Of a DNA stretch of 64,000 nucleotides, positions 13,310 to 27,292 are shown one piece after another. The DNA comes from Eledone cirrhosa (Eukaryota): positions 3,286,001 to 3,350,000 of the forward strand of contig OZ024765.1 of assembly GCA_964016885.1 (NCBI GenBank). Direction: 5' to 3'. The notes beneath the pieces were generated by a model. It was not told the DNA's origin. It did not search any database and was given only the letters and a program-made list of their open reading frames with translations. The position numbers and the translations under genes are program-made. Each line of letters opens with the position of its first letter. Within the stretch, counting starts at the first letter, position 1.

Positions 13310-13745
13310 AGAACCCTGGACCTTGTGTAACTTTGGAGATATAAATATTTAGAGGGACAAATGTAGGGTTAGAACCCTGGACCTTGTGTAACTTTGGAGA
13401 AATAACTATTTAGAGGGACTAATGTCGGGTTCGAACCCTGGACCTTGTGTAACTTTGGAGATATAAATATTTACAGGGACAAATGTAGGGTTAGAACCCT
13501 GGACCTTGTGTAACTTTGGAGATATAAATATTTAGAGGGACAAATGTAGGGTTCGAACCCTGGACCTTGTGTAACTTTGGAGATATAAATATTTAGAGGG
13601 ACTAATGTCGGGTTCGAACCCTGGACCTTGTGTAACTTTGGAGATATAACTATTTAGAGGGACAAATGTAGGGTTAGAACCCTGGACCTTGTGTAACTTT
13701 GGAGATATAACTATTTAGAGGGACATATGTAGTGTTAGAACCTTT
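13310..13745 (+). repeat. 60-bp minisatellite, ~7 copies
   Basis: gaaccctggaccttgtgtaactttggagatataaatatttagagggacaaatgtagggtta; reverse complement of the array at 27293-28580. Confidence 0.95.
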
Positions 13746-13980
13746 TACTGTAAACAACAACACAACTAACAAACATCACCACCACCATAACATAAACACC
13801 AACACCACCACCCTCACCATAACAAACATAAACACCAACACCACCATCAACAACAACATTACCATCAGCATCTCTGGGGAGACCGTGAGAAAGTTTACTG
13901 GGAAATGTTTGCAATACATCTTGTCTTCAGCCCCTATTTCTATATGTGTATATATATATATATATATACACACATCTGTA

Positions 13981-14062
<82 letters not shown>

Positions 14063-14714
14063 TTCTGAGAAACGGGTTGGTTACAGACATCTTAGAAAAT
14101 ATCTGTTATTACGAAACGGGAGTGGTGGGGGTGTGGGGGAGGTAGGGGTGTGGGGGGTAGTGATGGTGATATGGGGCGTGGTGGCGGTGTTGGTGGTGAT
14201 GGGGCGTGTTGGCGGTGGTGGCGGTGGCGGTGGCGGTGGTGGTGGTGGTGTTGGTGGTGGATTGTTGGGGAAGGGCGGGGTGGTGTTGTGCTGGGATGGT
14301 GGTGGTGGTGGTGGGGTGTAAACGAGATAGGAGACGCTAACGACACAGGGTGCTGCCGACACACAGACAGACAGCTTCTTCATATAGTGCGCTCCCTCTA
14401 TCATCATCATCATCATCATCGCAACCATTCATCACTATCATGATTACCATCATCACAATCAGCATCAGCATCATATCAACACCACCGCCACCATTACCAC
14501 CACCGCCACCATTACCAACACCATCACCGCCACCTATATCACCACCGCAACCACCACCTCCATGATGATGAGTATGATGATGATGGTGATGATGATGAGG
14601 GTGGTGAGGGTGGTGATGAGTATGATGATGATGATGATGATGGTGGTGAGTTTTGTAGACCAATGGTTGAAAGAAATGCCAAGAAATCCCAGTGGAAGGA
14701 AGCTGCAGTAGAGG

Positions 14715-16640
14715 AGGACCACGAAGGACATGTCAGACCCATGCTAGAGGGAGTGGAAGGGAACCGCGAAGGACCTGTCAGACCCATGCTAGAGGGAGGG
14801 GAAGGGAACCACGAAGGACATGTCAGACCCATGCTAGAGGGAGTGGAAGGGAACCACGAAGGACATGTCAGACCCATGCTAGAGGGAGTGGAAGGGAACC
14901 ACGAAGGACCTGTCAGACCCATGCTAGAGGGAGTGGAAGGGAACCACGAAGGACCTGTCAGACCCATGCTAGAGGGAGTGGAAGGGAACCACGAAGGACC
15001 TGTCAGACCCATGCTAGAGGGAGTGGAAGGGAACCACGAAGGACCTGTCAGACCCATGCTAGAGGGAGTGGAAGGGAACCACGAAGGACCTGTCAGACCC
15101 ATGCTAGAGGGAGTGGAAGGGAACCACGAAGGACCTGTCAGACCCATGCTAGAGGGAGTGGAAGGGAACCACGAAGGACCTGTCAGACCCATGCTAGAGG
15201 GAGGGGAAGGAAACCACGAAGGACATGTCAAACCCATGCTAGAGGGAGTGGAAGGGAACCACGAAGGACCTGTCAGACCCATGCTAGAGGGAGGGGAAGG
15301 GAACCACGAAGGACCTGTCAGACCCATGCTAGAGGAAGTGGAAGGGAACCACGAAGGACCTGTCAGACCCATGCTAGAGGGAGGGGAAGGGAACCGCGAA
15401 GGACCTGTCAGACCCATGCTAGAGGGAGGGGAAGGGAACCACGAAGGACCTGTCAGACCCATGCTAGAGGGAGTGGAAGGGAACCACGAAGGACCTGTCA
15501 GACCCATGCTAGAGGGAGTGGAAGGGAACCACGAAGGACCTGTCAGACCCATGCTAGAGGGAGTGGAAGGGAACCACGAAGGACCTGTCAGACCCATGCT
15601 AGTGGGAGTGGAAGGGAACCGCGAAGGACCTGTCAGACCCATGCTAGAGGGAGGGGAAGGGGACCACGAAGGACCTGTCAGACCCATGCTAGAGGGAGTG
15701 GAAGGGAACCACGAAGGACCTGTCAGACCCATGCTAGAGGGAGGGGAAGGGAACCGCGAAGGACCTGTCAGACCCATGCTAGAGGGAGGGGAAGGGGACC
15801 ACGAAGGACCTGTCAGACCCATGCTAGAGGGAGTGGAAGGGAACCACGAAGGACCTGTCAGACCCATGCTAGAGGGAGGGGAAGGGAACCGCGAAGGACC
15901 TGTCAGACCCATGCTAGAGGGAGGGGAAGGGGACCACGAAGGACCTGTCAGACCCATGCTAGAGGGAGGGGAAGGGAACCACGAAGGACCTGTCAGACCC
16001 ATGCTAGAGGGAGTGGAAGGGAACCACGAAGGACCTGTCAGACCCATGCTAGAGGGAGTGGAAGGGAACCACGAAGGACCTGTCAGACCCATGCTAGAGG
16101 GAGTGGAAGGGAACCACGAAGGACCTGTCAGACCCATGCTAGAGGGAGGGGAAGGAAACCACGAAGGACATGTCAAACCCATGCTAGAGGGAGTGGAAGG
16201 GAACCACGAAGGACCTGTCAGACCCATGCTAGAGGGAGTGGAAGGGAACCACGAAGGACCTGTCAGACCCATGCTAGAGGAAGTGGAAGGGAACCACGAA
16301 GGACCTGTCAGACCCATGCTAGAGGGAGTGGAAGGGAACCGCGAAGGACCTGTCAGACCCATGCTAGAGGGAGGGGAAGGGAACCACGAAGGACCTGTCA
16401 GACCCATGCTAGAGGGAGGGGAAGGGGACCACGAAGGACCTGTCAGACCCATGCTAGAGGGAGGGGAAGGGAACCACGAAGGACCTGTCAGACCCATGCT
16501 AGAGGAAGTGGAAGGGAACCACGAAGGACCTGTCAGACCCATGCTAGAGGGAGGGGAAGGGGACCACGAAGGACCTGTCAGACCCATGCTAGAGGGAGGG
16601 GAAGGGAACCACGAAGGACCTGTCAGACCCATGCTAGAGG
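14715..16640. repeat. 45-bp minisatellite, ~43 copies, open in three reading frames
   Basis: gaagggaaccacgaaggacctgtcagacccatgctagagggagtg; no indels between units. Confidence 0.95.
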
Positions 16641-16718
16641 GGAAAAGTGGACGTGTTGTACCCACAGTTCTTTAATGTCATGGAAACAGGGATAAGAATC
16701 AGTCTGATGAGTTTCTAC

Positions 16719-16745
16719 AGTAGTAGTAGTAGTAGTAGTAGCAGC

Positions 16746-16842
<97 letters not shown>

Positions 16843-16862
16843 ACAGCAGCAGTAGTAGTAGT
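16719..16862. repeat. (AGT)n microsatellite
   Basis: Direct observation. Confidence 0.95.
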
Positions 16863-16958
16863 GGTTTATCTTTCTCTTCTTTCCCGCCATTGAACCTCTC
16901 AACCTGAATTTCTCCCCCCCCCCCCCACATCTCGTATACATATATATATATATACGTA

Positions 16959-16992
<34 letters not shown>

Positions 16993-17125
16993 ACGAAGAT
17001 GTGGTCAGGAACCAGATGCACCATAACGCACCAAAGTACTCAATACTTAGGGTAGTAGAGTGGGTAATAGGAAAATGTTTGACCCCGACGGCAGAGCTCA
17101 AGCCGTTTCGACGGCTATTTCTGTA
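16993..17125 (-). mobile_element. dispersed repeat family J (probable PLE terminus carrying the 3' half of an HHR)
   Basis: Copies at 55458-55580, 58490-58635 and 62218-62335; minus strand reads GAAAC-GGC uugagcucu GCC-GUC-GGGGUC. Confidence 0.55.
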
Positions 17126-17199
17126 CTTTTTCCTATATATATATATATTTGTGTGTGTGTGTATACATATATATACATATATATATATATACTTTTTCC

Positions 17200-17232
<33 letters not shown>

Positions 17233-17276
17233 CTGTGTGTATTATATATATATACACACACACATATATATATATA

Positions 17277-17382
17277 TACAGGGTGTTCCCTACAAAAATA
17301 TATACACACTTCAACAGCATTCTAATAAATATCGCCTGTACAGGTAATCAAAGTGTGTATACATTTTCTTAGGACACTGTGT
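17277..17382. mobile_element. short Tc1/mariner-type MITE
   Basis: TA-cagggtgttccc...aaaatatatacacactt / aagtgtgtatacatttt...ggacactgtg imperfect TIRs. Confidence 0.5.
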
Positions 17383-17388
17383 GTGTGC

Positions 17389-17419
<31 letters not shown>

Positions 17420-17596
17420 GACATTTAGACATAATCATAGACACCTGCATATACACATACATACTTGCATATACACATACAAACATTCATATATACATAT
17501 AAACATACATACATGCAAACATATATATATACATAACTTCATAAAATTTGTGAAATTATAAAACCAGAACATACATATACAAACATACATACACAA

Positions 17597-17650
<54 letters not shown>

Positions 17651-18510
17651 TCATACACACATATATACACATATATACATACATACATACATATATATAT
17701 ACAAACATATATACAAACATGCAAACATATATACATACATATATATATACATACATATATATACACATACATATATATACACATATATATATATACATTC
17801 AAACATACATACATACATATATATATATATATACACATATATACACTCACGTATATCTCAACTTCTTTAAGCTTCCACCCACACACCTATCCCTACTCTA
17901 CCACTACCACCACCAACAACAACAACAACACCACTACTACTACTACCACCACTAACACCACCACCACTACCACCACCACCACTAACACCACCACCACCAC
18001 CACTAACACCACCAACACCACTACTACCACCACCACTACCAACACCACCAACAACACCACTACCACCACCACCACTAACACCACCACCACCACCACTAAC
18101 ACCACCACCACCACTACTACCACCACCACCACCACTACTACCACCACCACTAACACCACCAACACCACTACCACCACCACCACCACCACTACCACCAACA
18201 ACAACACCACCACCACCACACCACCACCATTACCACCACTACCAACAACAACAACAACAACAACAACAACACCACCACCTGTGATACCACCACCACCACC
18301 ACCTCCACCTGTGATACCACCACCACCTCCACCTACACCTGTCCACATCTACAAAGTTATTTAGGTGAGAATGAAATCACACTTATACACAGATTTACAT
18401 ACCTACACACACACACGTGTATGTGTAGGTGGAAATATATATATATGTACATACACATGTATATATATATACACATACACTCATATATATATATGTATGT
18501 ATATATATAT

Positions 18511-18637
<127 letters not shown>

Positions 18638-18740
18638 TACACACACACATATATGTATATATATATATATATATATATACACATACACTCATATATATAT
18701 ATGTATGTATATATATATATACACATACACACACACACAT

Positions 18741-18781
<41 letters not shown>

Positions 18782-18791
18782 CACACACACA

Positions 18792-18833
<42 letters not shown>

Positions 18834-18989
18834 CACATATATATGTATATATATATCTACACACATATATAGATATGTATATATATATATATACACACAC
18901 ACATATATATATATACACACATATATATATATACATATGTATATATATATATATACATATGTATATATATATATATACACATACACATG

Positions 18990-19020
<31 letters not shown>

Positions 19021-19157
19021 GTATATGTATACATACACATACACATATATATGTTTATATATACACATATATATATATATATATACATACACATACACAT
19101 ATATATGTTTATATATATACACATATATATATATATATACATACACATACACATATA

Positions 19158-19224
<67 letters not shown>

Positions 19225-19331
19225 GCGTGTGTGTGTGTGTGTGTGAATATATATATATACATAGATATATACATGTATATATATATATATATATATATGC
19301 ATATATATTTGTGTGTGTGTATATATATACA

Positions 19332-19366
<35 letters not shown>

Positions 19367-19431
19367 GCATATATATATATATATATATACATGTATATAC
19401 ACACGCGCACGCATGCGTGTGTATATTGAAG

Positions 19432-19485
19432 TGTGACAAGCGCATGGATGAGCGACACCAGCCTCATCGTCGGGCGCGAGACTCT
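19432..19485 (+). CDS. candidate micro-exon ([17 protein letters not shown])
   Basis: 54-nt GC-rich island within (TA)n, ag|...|gtatgt; joins 20306-20360 in phase 2. Confidence 0.25.
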
Positions 19486-19630
19486 GTATGTATATATATA
19501 TACATACATATATATATATATGTATATACAGACATATATATATATGTGTACATACATAAATATATATGGATGTATATATATACATATATATATATATATA
19601 TACATAAATATATATGTATGTATGTATGTA

Positions 19631-19670
<40 letters not shown>

Positions 19671-19775
19671 CACAAATATATATATATGTATGTATATATA
19701 CATATATATATATATATAGAGAGACAGAGATAAATATATATATATATATACACACACACACATATATATACATAA

Positions 19776-19809
<34 letters not shown>

Positions 19810-19819
19810 ATTTAATATG

Positions 19820-19938
<119 letters not shown>

Positions 19939-19946
19939 TTAATATG

Positions 19947-19981
<35 letters not shown>

Positions 19982-20055
19982 ATATATACATGTGGTTTTA
20001 GGATGGTTAATTATATATAATATATATATATATTATATATAATATATATATATAT

Positions 20056-20110
<55 letters not shown>

Positions 20111-20167
20111 ATATATATATTATATACAATTAACCATTCTAAAACTAAATAAACCACATGTATATAT

Positions 20168-20229
<62 letters not shown>

Positions 20230-20305
20230 ATGTATATATATATGTGTATGTATGCGTGTATATGTGTATGTATGCGTGTATATGTGTGTGTGTGTGTGTT
20301 CACAG

Positions 20306-20360
20306 ACGTGGTTGCGTGTATCTGGAGCCGTTCCCCCCAAGCCAACCTGTCATGAGATGA
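20306..20360 (+). CDS. candidate terminal exon (RGCVYLEPFPPSQPVMR*)
   Basis: ttcacag| acceptor, phase compatible with the previous island. Confidence 0.2.
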
Positions 20361-20479
20361 AGGACCCGCCCTCCTAAACTGTCGTAAGAACGCCGTGAAC
20401 GAATTAGGACTGGAGGGGGGCACAGTTTATATATAGGGGTCGTGGGAAAGATTTTCAGGTTTTCCTACTTTAAACCCCC

Positions 20480-20946
20480 TCTCAGCCCCCTCTCTCTCGC
20501 CCTTACCTCTTTCTCTCATACCTCTCTCGTGCCTGTTTCACTCTCACCTCTCTGCCCTACCTCTTTCTCTCGTACCTCTCTCTCTCTCTCTCTGTCTCAC
20601 TCTCTCACCTCTCTCCCTTACCTCTTTCTCTCATACCTCTCTCGTGCCTGTTTCACTCTCTCACCTCTCTGCCTTACCTCTTTCTCTCGTACCTCTCTCT
20701 CTCTCTCACCTCTCTGCCTTACCTCTTTCTCTCGTACCTCTCTCTCTCTCTGTCTCACTCTCTCACCCTTACCTCTTTCTCTCATACCTCTCTCGTGCCT
20801 GTTTCACTCTCTCACCTCTCTGCCTTACCTCTTTCTCTCGTACCTCTCTCTCTCTCTGTCTCACTCTCTCACCCTTACCTCTTTCTCTCATACCTCTCTC
20901 GTGCCTGTTTCACTCTCTCACCTCTCTGCCTTACCTCTTTCTCTCG

Positions 20947-20982
<36 letters not shown>

Positions 20983-21970
20983 ACTCTCTCACCTCTCTCC
21001 CTTACCTCTTTCTCTCGTACCTCTCTCTCTCTGTCTCACTCTCTCACCCTTATCTCTTTCTCTCGTACCTCTCTCTCTCTCTCTCTCTGTTTCACTCTCT
21101 CACCTCTCTGCCTTACCTCTTTCTCTCGTACCTCTCTCTCTGTCTCTCTCTGTCTCACTCTCTCCCTTACCTCTTTCTCTCATACCTCTCTCGTGCCTGT
21201 TTCACTCTCTCACCTCTCTGCCTTACCTCTTTCTCTCGTACCTCTCTCTCTCTCTCTGTCTCACTCTCTCACCTCTCTGCCCTACCTCTTTCTATCGTAC
21301 CTCTCTCGTGCCTCTCTCTCTGTTTCACTCTCTCACGCCTCTCTCTCTCTCTCTCTGTTTCACTCTCACTCTCTCACTTACCTCTTTCTCTCATACCTCT
21401 CTCGTGCCGTCTTTCTCTCTGTTTCACTCTCTCACTCTCACCTCACCTCTTTCTCTCACACCTCTCTCATGCCTCTCTCTCTCTCTGTTTCACTCTCACT
21501 CCTCTCATACCGCTCTCTCTCTCTCTGTTTCACTCTCACCTCTCTCATGCCTCTCTCTCTCTGTTTCACTCTCTCACCTCTCTCCCTCACCTCTTTCTCT
21601 CACACCTCTCTCATGCCTCTCTCTCTCTGTTTCACTCTCTCACTCACCTTTTTCTCTCACACCTCTCTCATGCCTCTCTCTCTCTGTTTTACTCTCACCT
21701 CTCTCCCTCACCTCTTTCTCTCATACCTCTCTCATGCCTCTCTCTCTCTCTCTGTTTCACTCTCTCACCTCTCTCCCTCACCTCTCTCATGCCTCTCTCT
21801 CTCTGTTTCACTCTCTCACTTACCTCTTTCTCTCGTACCTCTTTCTCTGTCACACTCTCTCACCCCCTCTCTCTGTTACCTTTCTTTCTTTCTCTCACCT
21901 CTCTCTCTCTGTTTCACTCTCTCTTACCTCTATCACACTCTCTTATCGTTTTTTCTCTCTCTCTCTCTCG
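20480..21970. repeat. CT-rich compound minisatellite
   Basis: cttacctctttctctcatacctctctcgtgcctgtttcactct units. Confidence 0.9.
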
Positions 21971-22111
21971 TATATATATATATATATACAAACATATATA
22001 TATACACATATATATATATATATATAAATATATATACACGTATATATATATATACAAACATATATACATGTATATATATACATGTATATATATACATGTA
22101 TATATATACAC

Positions 22112-22181
<70 letters not shown>

Positions 22182-22261
22182 ACGTATATATATATATACA
22201 AACATATATATATACATGTATATATATACACATATATATATATACATGTATATATATACAC

Positions 22262-22301
<40 letters not shown>

Positions 22302-22324
22302 ACGTATATATATATATATATACA

Positions 22325-22466
22325 CGGACAAAGGAGAGGCACAAAAACAAAGAAAAGAATCCTCAGTCATTGAAGAGGTCACAGAATGTGTGACGAAAGA
22401 ACTTTGACAATATATAAACAATCATCTGGTTGTGGAACCAACCAACCAACCGGAAATTTATAAATT

Positions 22467-22470
<4 letters not shown>
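22325..22470 (+). mobile_element. PLE family A terminal fragment with mutated HHR (UUGAAGA)
   Basis: Near-identical to 4497-4630. Confidence 0.75.
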
Positions 22471-22519
<49 letters not shown>

Positions 22520-22634
22520 TAACCCTACTCACATATGTACATATTCGTACATACATATATACATGCGCAAAGCACTTGCACAAATACACTCGCATACACG
22601 ATATATACAATCCATAATTTTATATTTGTGAGTA

Positions 22635-23720
22635 GGTGTATCAGAAGGTTCTTTGGAGTTACATTACTCGATAAAGTGTGTAGCTCAGAGATCAGAGAGT
22701 CACTCCAAGTAGAGCTGCTACTTCTCCAAATTGAGAGATCACAGCTCTGATACTATGGACATGTGGTTAGAATGTTTCAGGAAAGAATTGCCGGACAGAT
22801 TTGTAGCTCAGAGATCAGAGAGTCACTCTAGGTAGAGCTGTTACTTCTCTGAATTGAGAGATCACAGCTCTGATACTATGGACATGTGGTTAGAATGTCT
22901 AGAGGAAAGAATCACTGAGGATATTTGTAGCTCAGAAATCAGAGAGTCACTCCAGGTAGAGCTGCTACTTCTCTGAATTGAGAGATCACAGCTCTGATAC
23001 TATGGACATGTGGTTAGAATGTCTCAGGAAAGAATCACTGAGGATATTTGTAGCTCAGAGATCAGAGAGTCACTCCAAGTAGAGCTGCTACTTCTCCGAA
23101 TTGAGAGATCACAGCTCTGATACTATGGACATGTGGTTAGAATGTCTCAGGAAAGAATCACTGGAGATATTTGTAGCTCAGAGATCAGAGAGTCACTCCA
23201 GGTAGAGCTGCTACTTCTCTGAATTAAGAGATCACAGCTCTGATACGATGGACATGTGGTTAGAATGTCTCAGGAAAGAATCACTGGAGATATTTGTAGC
23301 TCAGAGATCAGAGAGTCACTCCAGGTAGAGCTGCTACTTCTCTGAATTAAGAGATCACAGCTCTGATACGATGGACATGTGGTTAGAATGTCTCAGGAAA
23401 GAATCACTGGAGATATTTGTAGCTCGGAGATCAGAGAGTCACTCCAGGTAGAGCTGCTACTTCTCCAAATTGAGAGATCACAGCTCTGATACTATGGACA
23501 TGTGGTTAGAATGTCTCAGGAAAGAATCACTGGACACTGTTTTACGGGCAAAACCAACCAGCAGGAGACCCGAGCAAGATGGTTGGATAACCTCCGTGAG
23601 CTTGGCTGGTCACGCTTTAATATCTAACGGGGTCAGTTGGAGATTGTTGCTTCTGACAGGACCTGTTGGAGGGAGCGTTTGAGGATTCTGGTCTTACAGC
23701 CCTCCCAGGAATAAGTTGAG
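22635..23720 (+). mobile_element. RTE-clade LINE 3' fragment with an internal 123-bp segment amplified ~7 times
   Basis: RRFFGVTLLDKVCSSEIRESLQVELLLLQIERSQL*YYGHVVRM resembles the RTE ORF C-terminus; period 123 bp. Confidence 0.75.
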
Positions 23721-24159
23721 AAGAAGGCAAAGAAAAAGGCAAAGAAAAAGAAAAAGAAAAGAAAAGTAAAGAAAAGGAAAAGAAAAGGAAAAGAAAAAAA
23801 GAAAAGGAAAAGAAAAAGAAAAGAAAAGAAAAAGAAAAGAAAAAGAAGAAGAAGGGTGGGTGTATATATTATCGTTGTTTACAAACATAGATTTCTCTGG
23901 TTTTAGCACAAGGTTATTCTTGAATAGGGAAATGTGAGAAGGTACTTCCAGTGCAGTGTTGGCCACCGAATTCTGGGGCACTGTATAATTATCCCGCCCA
24001 GTGACGAGCCTTTGTATTCTTCCTCTTTTCACCTACTTATTCCTGAAAGGGTCATGCAGGCAGAGTCCTGAAACACTCCTTCCAGCAGGACCTGTCAGGA
24101 GTATTTGAGGACCCTTCTCCACGACCCTTTCAAGAAGAAGAAGAAGAATTTCAATTTTA

Positions 24160-24950
24160 CTATCTCTCCAATGTACCCACTAACAGCTGGGTTAGCAGGG
24201 TACATTAGTCGGGTACCTACTTACACTGCCTTCCAGTGTGCCCAAATAGTGCTGAGTTAATAGGGTACATTTGTGATGTAGCCACTTACAGCTTGGTTTA
24301 ATACCTCTCCAATGTACCCACATATAAATGGATAAAATCTTGTGGGGTACTTACAACTGAGTACACAACCTCTCCAATGTGCCCACTTACAGCTGGGTAA
24401 ACTGTTGTGGGGTACCTACTTAAAACTGGGTTCAATTCCTTTCCAATTTACCCACATACAGCTGGGTAAACAAGGTACACTAGTTGGTTACCTACTTAAA
24501 ACTGGGTACACTACTAAACACTGCCTTCCATTTTACCCACATACAGTTGGGTAAATAGGGTACATCAGTGTAGTCCTGACAGCTGGGTAAACGGGGTACT
24601 TTAGTGAGGTACTTAGAGCTGTGTAAACAGGGTACTTTAGTGGGGTAATTAGAGCTGTGTAAACAGGGTACTTTAGTGGGGTAATTAGAGCTGGGTAAAC
24701 AGGGTACTTTAGTGAGGTATTTAGAGCTGTGTAAACAGGGTACTTTAGTGGGGTAATTAGAGCTGGGTAAACGGGGTACATCTGTGTAGTACTGACAGCT
24801 GTGTAAACAGGGTACACAAGTGGGGTACTCACTGCGGGGTAAACAAGGTACTTGCAGCTGGGTGAACAGGGTACACGAGTTGTAAATAGTACCTACTTAG
24901 AACTGGGTACCATACTAATTAGCACCTTTCCTATCTACCCACATCAAAAT
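24160..24950. repeat. degenerate repeat with a 36-bp tandem core (24580-24830)
   Basis: gtaaacagggtactttagtggggtaattagagctg(t/g) units. Confidence 0.8.
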
Positions 24951-26210
24951 GGGTACACTGGCTGGATGGGCAACGAAATGACCTGTGCCACCCAGCCCTC
25001 CCCCTGCTCTCTCTCTCTCCCACCCTCGGCCACGGCATGGGTCCTACATGTTAGTAAGTAACCAGACTTGTTGACTAGTGCACCGGAAGTAGCAGTAATG
25101 GATGTAACTGTTGTATTTCACCTGAGAGTTCAAGTGACCACCACCACTACGTCACACCAACACACCACCACCACCACCACAACAACCACCACCACCACCA
25201 CCACCATCATCACCACCACGATCACCACCACCACAACAACCACCACCAACACCACCACCAACACCACCATTACAACCAACACCACCAACACCACCACCAC
25301 CATCACAACCAACGCCACCAACACCACCACCGCAACCAACGCCACCACCACCATCACAACCAACACCACCACCAACACCACCACCACCATCACAACCAAC
25401 GCCACCAACACCACCACCACCATCGCAACCAACGCCACCAAACACCACCACCACCATCACAACCAACGCCACCAACACCACCACCACCATCACAACCAAC
25501 GCCACCAACACCACCACCACCATCGCAACCAACGCCACCAAACACCACCACCACCATCACAACCATCACCACCAACACCAAACACCACCACCACCATCAC
25601 AACCAACACCACCACCACCAACATGGACGTTAACAATCTCGAGCAGATCTTGCCAAGGGCAGTAAATCACGTGACATTGGTGACAACGATGACGCACTGA
25701 GGTGAACATCCGCGTCTATTTCAGAACTCTCTCTCTATCTCTGTCTGTCTGTCTCTCACTCTCCTCTCTCTCTCTCTAAGCTCTGTCTCTCTCTCTTCCC
25801 CCTCTCTCTCCCTCTCTCTATCTCTGTCTCTCTTCCTCTCTATCTCACTCTCCTCTCTCTCCCTCTCTCTCTCTATGCTCTGTCTCTCTCTCTTCCCCAT
25901 CTCTCTCCCTCTCCCTCACTCTTTCTCTCTGTCTGTCTCTCTCTCTCTCCCTATCTCTGTCTCTCTCTCTTCCCCCTCTCTCTATCTCTGTCTCTCTTCC
26001 TCTCTCTCTCACTCTCCTCTCTCCCTCTAAGCTCTGTCTCTCTCTCTTCCCCATCTCTCTCCCTCTCTCTTTCTCTATCTCTGTCTGTCTCTGTCTCTCT
26101 CTCCCTCTCTCTCTATCTCTGTCTCTGTCTCTTCCCCCTCTCTCTATCTCTGTCTCTCTTCCTCTCTTCAATCTTATTTACACTTGTAGCATGAATAGTA
26201 AAATGGCTAC

Positions 26211-26245
<35 letters not shown>

Positions 26246-26308
26246 TATCTATAGATCTATATATATATATATACACGCACAGACACATATTAACAATAAC
26301 AGTAGGGT

Positions 26309-26358
<50 letters not shown>

Positions 26359-26402
26359 AGAAAAAAAGAGAATCGTCGTGTTGCGACGAATGGAATTTAT
26401 TG

Positions 26403-26498
26403 GACATATTACAATCGTTTCTCTGGCGACCAGCTCGAGGCACGATCGATGTGATGATCGAACCTGACTCTGAAAATCGCAAGGTCCTCAGATACGTC
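26403..26498 (-). ncRNA. hammerhead ribozyme, family D, extended stem II
   Basis: GACGUAU-CUGAGGA-(CCUUGCGAUU...GGUCGCCAGA)-GAAAC gauu GUA-AUAUGUC. Confidence 0.7.
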
Positions 26499-26551
26499 TT
26501 GATTCTACGAAGCAGATTTTCCTAGATATATATATATATATACATATATAT

Positions 26552-26913
26552 ATATTAATTCAAAATATTAACAAATATAGACATTCATGTGATCAAGTAT
26601 ATTTTATTATACATATTTCAGAGGTACTGAGCTATTTTCAACAGTACGTCCTCATCAGATAAAATAAGTTGATTCTTGACATACCTGGACTATGTTGAGG
26701 GTTAAAATTCAGTCATGGCAGTGAACATGTCATAACTAATTCACTGCCATGACTGAATTTTAACCATCAACATAGTCAAGGTATGTCAAGAATCAACTTA
26801 TTTTATCTGATGAGGACGTACTGTTGAAAATAGCTCAGTACCTCTGAAATATGTATAATAAAATATACTTGATCACATGAATGTCTATATTTGTTAATAT
26901 TTTGAATTAATAT
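26552..26913. mobile_element. ~360-bp near-perfect palindrome carrying two HHRs (family C)
   Basis: ~175-bp inverted arms with a ~14-nt spacer, adjacent to (TA)n. Confidence 0.8.
26799..26865 (+). ncRNA. hammerhead ribozyme, family C (mirror copy at 26600-26666, - strand)
   Basis: UAUUUUAU-CUGAUGA-GGACGUACUG...CAGUACCUCU-GAAA-U augu AUA-AUAAAAUA; perfect 8-bp stem I. Confidence 0.8.
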
Positions 26914-26998
26914 TAATAACTCCAGAAAACCATAACTGTGGAGTGCTTCTAATCTATTGTGAAATTTTATTCATTGAACCTTGTTTAACCCTTAATTT

Positions 26999-27084
<86 letters not shown>

Positions 27085-27292
27085 TGCATAAATAAACCCG
27101 TAGAGAAAATATTTATTATTAGTACAGATTAAAAGTCGACGCAAACAATTTCTGCTTTCACCCTTATACATATGTGTGTGTGTGTACAAACATACATATA
27201 AACATGCATCCATGCATAATTACATGCACACACACATACATACACAAAGCATTTTCTATGACAGTCCTGTTGCTACAATAGGACATTCACTT

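Noticed and set aside
17872-18364. Thr/Pro-rich mucin-like exon
   Set aside because: The longest frame ends in TAG at the putative donor; explained by (ACC)n repeat
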